A stretch of 64,000 nucleotides of DNA from Escherichia coli (lineage in GTDB: Bacteria; Pseudomonadota; Gammaproteobacteria; Enterobacterales; Enterobacteriaceae): assembly GCA_025336685.1 (NCBI GenBank), contig GCA_025336685.1_4717.1; one strand, written 5' to 3'. The translations under genes and the position numbers were made by a program. The notes below the pieces were generated by a model. The model worked only from the letters and a program-made list of their open reading frames with translations. It had not been told where the DNA came from and did no database searches. Within the stretch, counting starts at the first letter, position 1, and the number at the start of each line of letters is the position of its first letter. This document shows positions 57,469-64,000 of this stretch, in pieces.

Positions 57469-57503
57469 CCTTCTCCCCAACCCGATGAGGGAAGGGGAGA
57501 AGG
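57469..57503. terminator. Family hairpin CCTTCTCCCCAACCC-GATGA-GGGAAGGGGAGAAGG at a convergent junction
   Basis: 15-nt arms with an AA/AA mismatch; between 54533..57439 (+) and 57516..57797 (-). Confidence 0.55.
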
Positions 57504-57515
57504 GCTATGCGCTAT

Positions 57516-57797
57516 TTAATTATTTCGAGAGGTTAACCACGATTCAATTGCGGTGAGGTTGCATTTCAGTTCACGCCAACTAGGGTGTGGTGGGATCACA
57601 GCACCTTTGTCAATTACGGTTAGCTGAACCTGGTATTTCTGTTGCATACGTGCTACCGTATCGCTTACCGAGAGGAAAAGCTGGTAACGTTCGTACGCTG
57701 TCAGTTCGCGGTCCTGATAAACCGCGTAGGTGGCTAACGTAACTTCGCGTAAGTCCTTTGCGTCCACAGAGACGGTGATGAGTTTATATTGACTCAT
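57516..57797 (-). CDS. Small hypothetical protein (93 aa)
   Basis: ORF bounded by the hairpin and the upstream gene. Confidence 0.45.
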   Translation of the reverse strand: MSQYKLITVSVDAKDLREVTLATYAVYQDRELTAYERYQLFLSVSDTVARMQQKYQVQLTVIDKGAVIPPHPSWRELKCNLTAIESWLTSRNN

Positions 57798-57859
57798 ACG
57801 GTTTCCTTATCGACTAGGGTATTGCAAACTACAATACCCGTCATCGGATGATAACTTAA

Positions 57860-60418
57860 TTACTGCTCTTCACGTTCCAACAGATACTCGGAAGCGGTAA
57901 TACCGTTTACCGTACGTACCGCTTTCAGACGAGTATCGTCACTCAGAATCACGGTAACAGACTGCAGACCTTTTACTTTGGTCTCGAAGGTCTTGAATAC
58001 CTGATCCAGCATACGAGCAATGCTTGGGTTGGTTGCAGCCGATGCGTGAGTGTAACCGTTCTGGTTCAGCTTCAGAATCTTGGCGTTGGTTGGTACACGA
58101 AGAACAACATGCGGACGCATTGCGAACACACTGTGGTTAAACCAGTAAGCATCGTTACTATCTTCGTCAGTGACGATGTCTGGATTAACACGCATGTCTT
58201 CGGTAGCCGCACCCGCCAAACGACGTTCGATTTCGTCAGCATCCAGAGAGCCGTCCTTCTCCAGTTCTGCACGATACTCACTCATGGCAACCAGATGACG
58301 TTCACGATTCGCTGCAGATTTTTCGTGAGCGGCTTTCAGGTAGTCATGCATGTTGTACAGTTCTGCCATGGAAAGACGAATGTTCCACTGACCTTCGCCG
58401 TCACGATTGCAGTAGAGACACTTCAGCATGTTGACCCAGGTGTAGTAGCAATTGGAGAACTCATCTTCAATGAACTTCTGATCCATTTTAAGATCGTGAA
58501 TCAGCCAACCGGACAGTTCTCCGATATCATCAACGAAGCTAGAAATGGTGGTTTCAGAGAAGTTCTTCGGTACGATACGTTTGATCAGCTTGTTAACGTC
58601 TTTGGTCATGCTATCATTCAGGAAATGCCAGATACGCAGAGGAATGACATCACGATACTGTTGCATGATCTGACGATAAGCTTTGATATCGTCGCTACGA
58701 CCTTTATCAATAGACAACGCGTCCAGGAATTCATGGATAGCATCCAGCTCTTTGTCGGTATAGGTTCCCAGATAGGAATTGACCGTGGCAAGGAATGCTA
58801 ATGCGTCGTTTTGGTTGACGTCGGTGTTGGTCTGCTGAATGATCGCTACTGCAGCTTTGGTTTCAGCATCCTCAACGCTTGACGCTGCGATTGCGTCGGT
58901 AACAGTAAACAGTTTCATTTCGCGCTGTTCGCCGACAACGATCGGTTCGCGTTGAACCGGTTTGTTAAGACTAACGCGAACAACTTCTGCTTGCGCGATA
59001 CGATCCAGTTTTACCATTTCCTGCTCCGCCATACGACGAGCGGTCGGATCTGATTCAAGTTCGATGTATTCCACTTCTTCCTCCGTGAGGGATGTAATGT
59101 CAACAATGGTTTCATGAAGAATTCCGTTTTCGTCGATACGTGCTCGACGAGCGAAGTGTCTGAAGTCATACAACGTTGGCCAGCGACAATTAGGCGCATA
59201 GTCTTTGGCCTTCAGACGCATCTGCATAAATTCTTCATGTTGAACAACACGACCGTAACGCTTAGCATCTTCGGTCGCATCAATTGGATTAACGGTCTTT
59301 GTTACCGTAGCAGAACGAGCCGTACGAATGGGTTCCGGTTTAGTCTGCACTGGTTCAGGTTGAACGGATTTCTGTTGTCCAGCCTTAACATGCCATTCGG
59401 GTTCTTCGTACCGTTCAGCAAATTGCTCGGCTGCTGCAAAGATATCATTGATACCACCAATATCTCCTTCTGGATTCGTCGAATATATCCGTGGTTGCGG
59501 TGCCTCGTAACGCGGCGCTGAGGTAGCAGATGCGTCGTTAACGACAGGATCGTCATCGCCAACATCATACAAACGGTTGAACGCACAATCCTTCGAATCG
59601 ATGTACGATGGAGTTTGTGGTTGGATAACCGTCGGTCGAGGCTGTGCGCCGTATCCCGGCATTGTTGGAGCCATACCACGCATAACTGCTGGGTTAGGTT
59701 GGTATTGTGGTTGTGGGTAGGTTCCGCCATACGTGGGATATGCAGGCTGTTGCGGTTGACCGTACCCACCACCAACCATCGCATTTGCTTGCGGTCCACG
59801 GTAAGTCATCCCCAGTTGCATCACCTGTTGCTTCAGACCGCGGGACTTCTGCGCTATTTGTGCTAGACTCCCACTTTTATTTAGCTGCGTGTACTTATTC
59901 GCGGCTTCCGGGTTAATGCGCGATAATTCAATCGCACGATAATACTCCGGGTATTGATTGGCTTCAAAGAGCCACGTTACAAGGTGATACAGCGCAACTG
60001 TGCTCACAGCAGCAGAGACGATCTGGTCGTTGGACGCATTCTGCGGCATCGGGTTGATGTAAGAGAATACGTTCCAGCAACAGTCTTCAACAAGCGATTC
60101 CATCATCATGTCGTTATTGGTGTAACGTGAGACGAACTCGGTTTGTATTTTATCCTGTTGGGCGAAGTCTTTCAGGACATTGAAGACAGCTTGACGGATT
60201 TTGACGATCGTCGCTTCTTGGGTGATGAAGTTATAGTTCTGCTGATATGATGGTTGCTGGTACTGTGGTGGTTGATAGGTGTTATTCGGGTATGCGCTGT
60301 ACTGCGGTTGCTGGTACTGTTGTTGGCGAACCTGTTCAGCCGCATAATTAATCGTACTCGCATAAGGGTTTTCGTTGTAGCCCATTTGCTGATACATGTT
60401 GTTACTGCCATTATACAT
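57860..60418 (-). CDS. Large hypothetical protein (852 aa) with Gln/Tyr/Pro-rich low-complexity N-terminal regions
   Basis: N-terminal 65 aa (YQQPQYSAYPNNTYQPPQYQQPSYQQNY) and a second QPxY-rich segment around aa 215-270. Confidence 0.55.
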   Translation of the reverse strand: MYNGSNNMYQQMGYNENPYASTINYAAEQVRQQQYQQPQYSAYPNNTYQPPQYQQPSYQQNYNFITQEATIVKIRQAVFNVLKDFAQQDKIQTEFVSRYTNNDMMMESLVEDCCWNVFSYINPMPQNASNDQIVSAAVSTVALYHLVTWLFEANQYPEYYRAIELSRINPEAANKYTQLNKSGSLAQIAQKSRGLKQQVMQLGMTYRGPQANAMVGGGYGQPQQPAYPTYGGTYPQPQYQPNPAVMRGMAPTMPGYGAQPRPTVIQPQTPSYIDSKDCAFNRLYDVGDDDPVVNDASATSAPRYEAPQPRIYSTNPEGDIGGINDIFAAAEQFAERYEEPEWHVKAGQQKSVQPEPVQTKPEPIRTARSATVTKTVNPIDATEDAKRYGRVVQHEEFMQMRLKAKDYAPNCRWPTLYDFRHFARRARIDENGILHETIVDITSLTEEEVEYIELESDPTARRMAEQEMVKLDRIAQAEVVRVSLNKPVQREPIVVGEQREMKLFTVTDAIAASSVEDAETKAAVAIIQQTNTDVNQNDALAFLATVNSYLGTYTDKELDAIHEFLDALSIDKGRSDDIKAYRQIMQQYRDVIPLRIWHFLNDSMTKDVNKLIKRIVPKNFSETTISSFVDDIGELSGWLIHDLKMDQKFIEDEFSNCYYTWVNMLKCLYCNRDGEGQWNIRLSMAELYNMHDYLKAAHEKSAANRERHLVAMSEYRAELEKDGSLDADEIERRLAGAATEDMRVNPDIVTDEDSNDAYWFNHSVFAMRPHVVLRVPTNAKILKLNQNGYTHASAATNPSIARMLDQVFKTFETKVKGLQSVTVILSDDTRLKAVRTVNGITASEYLLEREEQ

Positions 60419-60453
60419 TTCTTACGATCCTTTTTATTTTATTCGGTTATGTG

Positions 60454-62250
60454 TCAATCGATTATGTCACGATCGTTAATTTCTACAATTTCTTCATCGA
60501 ATCGACCGACGTCTTTCTTCAAGCCTGCATTTGTTGCTGCAACGTCATTTGCGATTTGTGGGGTAACGATTAACCGACCACGCTCATCGATAGGTGCGTA
60601 CATACTGAACTTCTGACGTCCGGTTGGTTCGGAGTGTGGAAGATTCAGATAGCTTGCACAGAACGGGATGGAACCACTAACCAAACGACTCTCGTCAGCC
60701 AATGCAGCACCGCCTGCGTTTTGGCTCTGGAGAACAACATGCGTGCTCACTTTGAACAGCATGCAATCACCAGGTGACTGAATCGATGTTGCCACTTTCT
60801 CACGTTTATCACGATTGCTCTGGATATTGAGAATCGCTTCCGTTGCAACTTGATTTCGCAACGCCTTCTGTACATCGCGATTGGTCATCTCTTTACGGTT
60901 GTTCTGTCGTTTACCACGTTCCGTGGTTTTAAGATGGAACCCCAGTTTAAAGATGCTTTTACGCACATCCTCCATGACATATTCCAACACCATCAATTCC
61001 TTACCGAACATCGTCGTGGTATCAACACGACTCATTTCGATAGTAACATTGTCAATCAGATACGCCATAAATTCGTAGAAGTCGTCGCAAGGAATATTTT
61101 CCTGTTTGAACTTCTTCTGTTGAATTTCGTCAACGTAAAGATCGAGACTGTCGATGTGGTGGTTTACATCACGCAACAAACGCGCATCCGCATTGTTGTT
61201 ATTAAAGATAATCAAACCGAGTAATGTACGCCAATGGTCTGGCGCATTCGCGAACTCTTCAACCGGATAGTCTTCCGGGAAACGATCGTAATAACGGTCG
61301 ATGAGATATAAGAACGCACCGACAAGGCCAAGAACAATACGTTCCGTACCTCCACGTCTTACAGCGATTTGAATATCAGGATGTTTATAACGTACAGCGT
61401 TAGCGCTACGGCTTTTACCGCTTTTGCTGATACTAAAGCCTTTAGGAATAACCCCCATGGTGCGATAGATTACCCATTGGTCGCGCGGAAAATCACGTTC
61501 AGCAAGGTTCCGTCCGGTTACGGCTTCGACACCTGCAAAACGTCGGAAACATTCACCCACCCCATACTTCGCAAAGAGATAATGACCCAGTGTGGTTACG
61601 CTGGTGTGGTTGATGTTGTCACCGTTCACTTTACTTTGTTTGGTAAGATGATAGATTTGCGACCAGGGTAACGACAGATAATGACGATAATCGATACCCG
61701 TTGGTGTATCATTGCTCAGGAACTGATACGGTGTACGTTTAACCGTGATTTTGTCACGCGGAAGCATGATGAACGCCATGTCTTTCGTGTAACTGATTAC
61801 AGGGTCAGCGAGCACCGCACTGAGAATGAAGTTCGCACCACGTAGACGCATTTTACCACCCTGACCTACTGCGGGCAATAGGAGAGGATGTCGGATAATG
61901 CAGTAGTCCTTTCCCGGCTCACGGCGGTCACCTGATTCCATCGCACCGTACCAGCGGAATTCTAGCATCACCATAAACACGTCGGAAGGTGCAAGGTCGA
62001 AGGTCAGCTTACCGCTATCCTTCCCTTTGGTTTTCTTTCCTCCGCTTAAGTAGTGGAACTGTTCGCGGGCCATACAACGACGTAGGCCATGATACACCAG
62101 ATCCTTAGGTAAACTATCTTTGCTGTTCCGCCAAAGACGATCAACATAGGACTCAACATCTTGCATCTTATCGACGACGATGTTGCGTGCTATCTTCTCG
62201 TTCATCTTCGGTGCAAGCTCAGCGACAGCTTTGCAGAATCTAGGATCCAT
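60454..62250 (-). CDS. Hypothetical protein (598 aa)
   Basis: Long ORF; no motif confidently recognised. Confidence 0.5.
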   Translation of the reverse strand: MDPRFCKAVAELAPKMNEKIARNIVVDKMQDVESYVDRLWRNSKDSLPKDLVYHGLRRCMAREQFHYLSGGKKTKGKDSGKLTFDLAPSDVFMVMLEFRWYGAMESGDRREPGKDYCIIRHPLLLPAVGQGGKMRLRGANFILSAVLADPVISYTKDMAFIMLPRDKITVKRTPYQFLSNDTPTGIDYRHYLSLPWSQIYHLTKQSKVNGDNINHTSVTTLGHYLFAKYGVGECFRRFAGVEAVTGRNLAERDFPRDQWVIYRTMGVIPKGFSISKSGKSRSANAVRYKHPDIQIAVRRGGTERIVLGLVGAFLYLIDRYYDRFPEDYPVEEFANAPDHWRTLLGLIIFNNNNADARLLRDVNHHIDSLDLYVDEIQQKKFKQENIPCDDFYEFMAYLIDNVTIEMSRVDTTTMFGKELMVLEYVMEDVRKSIFKLGFHLKTTERGKRQNNRKEMTNRDVQKALRNQVATEAILNIQSNRDKREKVATSIQSPGDCMLFKVSTHVVLQSQNAGGAALADESRLVSGSIPFCASYLNLPHSEPTGRQKFSMYAPIDERGRLIVTPQIANDVAATNAGLKKDVGRFDEEIVEINDRDIID

Positions 62251-62289
62251 TACTCACTCCTTTCAGAAAGTTGCTTAAGCAGATTAAAG

Positions 62290-63723
62290 TTACTTTTTCG
62301 ATGACGCCTTCTCAAGAATCTTGAAAAAGGTCATACCTATACCGACAACAGCCGCGGTTATACTCGCAGCGGCTTTCCAAACATCGACGTTACGTTGACG
62401 TCGTGCTTCTTCCGCTTCACGTTGTCTTTTTGCCTCTTCATCACGTCGACGTATCTCAGCAGCAAACTCGTCATGCTTACGTTTGGCTTCTTCGTCTCGA
62501 CGACGAAGTTCAGCGACGAATTCTTCATGTTTGCGTTTAGCCTCATCATCACGACGTTTTAAATCAGCTTGATAATCTTCGTGTATTTGTCTACGTAGAT
62601 CATCTTGACGTTTCATTTCGGCTTGGTGTTGTTCCATCCTACGTTTTTGTTCGTCTTTAAGCTGATCGAGTTCGGCTTTATGTTGTTCGTCGCGCAGCTT
62701 TGCGTCGGCGCGATGCGCTTCATGCATCTGTGCGATAACTGCCTTGTGTTCATCCGCCATACGTCGCATTTCAGCCATCACCCCTTTAAGGGTTTCTTCT
62801 GACGACTTACGTTCGTAGCTGCGTTGGTCGAAATCATTTTTGTAGGCTTCTTTTTGGATGGGATCGCGCCAATGCAATGCCGATTCACGCGTCGGAAAAA
62901 CATTGTACTTCCACATCTCTTTTTCCAAATCTTCGACCGGTACGAAGATGGAGTCATTATTCCCGAAGGTAACCAACATACCTGGCGCGCCTGCTCCATT
63001 CGTTGGTTTTATTTCGAACGCTTTCCCCAGCACGTTAACCCATAGGCTATACGGATTATGAAAGTCGGGTGGCGTCCAGTGGATAGTGAGTTGCGTTCCG
63101 AGAATCCGGAAACCCTCTGTCTTTCCTGTTAAACTACGCGCACATGTTGCGATGTAGGGGTGATCAATCCCTTTCGTAACATGGTCTGCGCTTTTGTATT
63201 CTCCTTTAACTTTTACGATTGCCACGTTGATTTGCGCGACATAAATAGGTTGATTAAAGTTCAACGTGTTGAGGTCAATTTGACATATCTCGTCCAGCGT
63301 ATCGTACCAGTCTTGCTGGTCTAATAGACGCGGTATTTTCTCTGTGTTAACGATGCGACGGATATGCGGTTTCCTTATCGCGTAACCTGTACCATTTTTA
63401 ACACGGAGTATATCCCGACGTCTACCCGCGTAGACGAAGTTTCTGAATGCACCATTCGCATTAGATACGTCATGGCTGTCAACTATTACAGGACTACGAA
63501 ATTTTGAACGTCGTACGATCCTGAATGTATTACTGTCCTCAACTCTACCAGGAATGTACTGGAACATATTGTCGGAGGTGATAACCAACACGGTATGGCC
63601 GGATTCATTAATACATGCCCACCCTAATTCCAGGTCATACAACGGTTCAGCATAACCGTCAATGCGATATGCGTACCATCCCCACGGTTCGAACGCGGTA
63701 TCACATATTGGCATGGAGGGCAT
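62290..63723 (-). CDS. Hypothetical protein with charged tandem repeats and C-terminal transmembrane anchor
   Basis: Three 19-aa RRRDEEAKRKH(D/E)EF(A/V)AE(I/L) repeats, then hydrophobic AAASITAAVVGIGMTFFKIL at the C-terminus. Confidence 0.5.
   Translation of the reverse strand: MPSMPICDTAFEPWGWYAYRIDGYAEPLYDLELGWACINESGHTVLVITSDNMFQYIPGRVEDSNTFRIVRRSKFRSPVIVDSHDVSNANGAFRNFVYAGRRRDILRVKNGTGYAIRKPHIRRIVNTEKIPRLLDQQDWYDTLDEICQIDLNTLNFNQPIYVAQINVAIVKVKGEYKSADHVTKGIDHPYIATCARSLTGKTEGFRILGTQLTIHWTPPDFHNPYSLWVNVLGKAFEIKPTNGAGAPGMLVTFGNNDSIFVPVEDLEKEMWKYNVFPTRESALHWRDPIQKEAYKNDFDQRSYERKSSEETLKGVMAEMRRMADEHKAVIAQMHEAHRADAKLRDEQHKAELDQLKDEQKRRMEQHQAEMKRQDDLRRQIHEDYQADLKRRDDEAKRKHEEFVAELRRRDEEAKRKHDEFAAEIRRRDEEAKRQREAEEARRQRNVDVWKAAASITAAVVGIGMTFFKILEKASSKK
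62385..62555 (-). repeat. Three imperfect 57-bp tandem repeats encoding the charged 19-aa repeat
   Basis: Units around 62387-62439, 62440-62495 and 62496-62549 share TCATCACGTCGACG...TTCTTCATG...GCGTTT words. Confidence 0.5.
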
Positions 63724-63876
63724 CGCTCACCTCCATCAGATTGAAAATTATCATGCATAACGCATTTCCCTTTTCTTGTTCTTATCAAACTGACAGCCGA
63801 CGGTTTCCAGTATCGCCCCCAGCGCGAGAACGACCTTACGTGTTGTCTATGCCTTATTAATCGCAGGCTTCTGTCA

Positions 63877-63895
63877 CCTAGGTAATGTAAGCGTC
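63877..63895 (+). promoter_or_regulatory. Promoter-like motif CCTAGGTAATGTAAGCGTC, related to the 21161 site
   Basis: Shares TCACCTAGGTAAT with 21156..21170; lies in the region upstream of the 62290..63723 start. Confidence 0.3.
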
Positions 63896-64000
63896 AAATT
63901 TTTTCTATTCGCAACGATAAACGGCATAAATCTCCCCCAACCCTTACGGGCTGAGGGAGGCTGACTTATGTATCACGGTGCCGGATGAATGTCCGCAATG

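Noticed and set aside
60454-62250. Possible multisubunit RNA polymerase beta/beta-prime-like subunit (as in phiKZ-like jumbo phages)
   Set aside because: I found no universal RNAP motifs (e.g. NADFDGD); the idea came only from protein size and the large-phage context.
1-64000. Integrated prophage or mobile element boundaries (integrase, att sites, transposase)
   Set aside because: No integrase, recombinase or transposase motifs and no host-like genes were seen; content is uniformly phage-like, consistent with a virulent phage genome segment.

Overview
This window reads as a gene-dense segment of a large virulent tailed phage (Caudoviricetes), probably a myovirus of an enterobacterial-type host; I cannot name the phage from sequence alone. 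About 60 protein-coding genes are tightly packed on both strands, and I found no tRNA, rRNA, CRISPR array, integrase or transposase. Recognisable modules are: (i) a virion/tail region with a giant 5'-truncated virion protein carrying a GH19 lysozyme domain, two long tail fibres built from 5-6 copies of an NPHxVTKAQVGLGNVxN repeat (one ending in an S74-type self-cleaving chaperone domain), two short fibre-like proteins, a GH108 endolysin, and five paralogous putative structural proteins; (ii) a DNA metabolism and recombination set (RecA-fold ATPase, RNase H fusion protein, Rad50/SbcC-like ATPase with zinc hook, RuvC-like resolvase, thymidylate kinase); (iii) an accessory region at 29.8-36.5 kb with two tandem arrays of three paralogues each, ending in a 750-bp AT-rich non-coding region. 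The best candidates for an undescribed system are those paralogue arrays and the Rad50-like ATPase that lacks an adjacent Mre11 partner. Regulatory signals seen directly include a family of GA/CT-rich hairpins at convergent gene junctions, classic rho-independent terminators, and an exactly repeated 21-mer promoter-like motif. Most products are hypothetical; calls rest on motif-level recognition only, with no database search.
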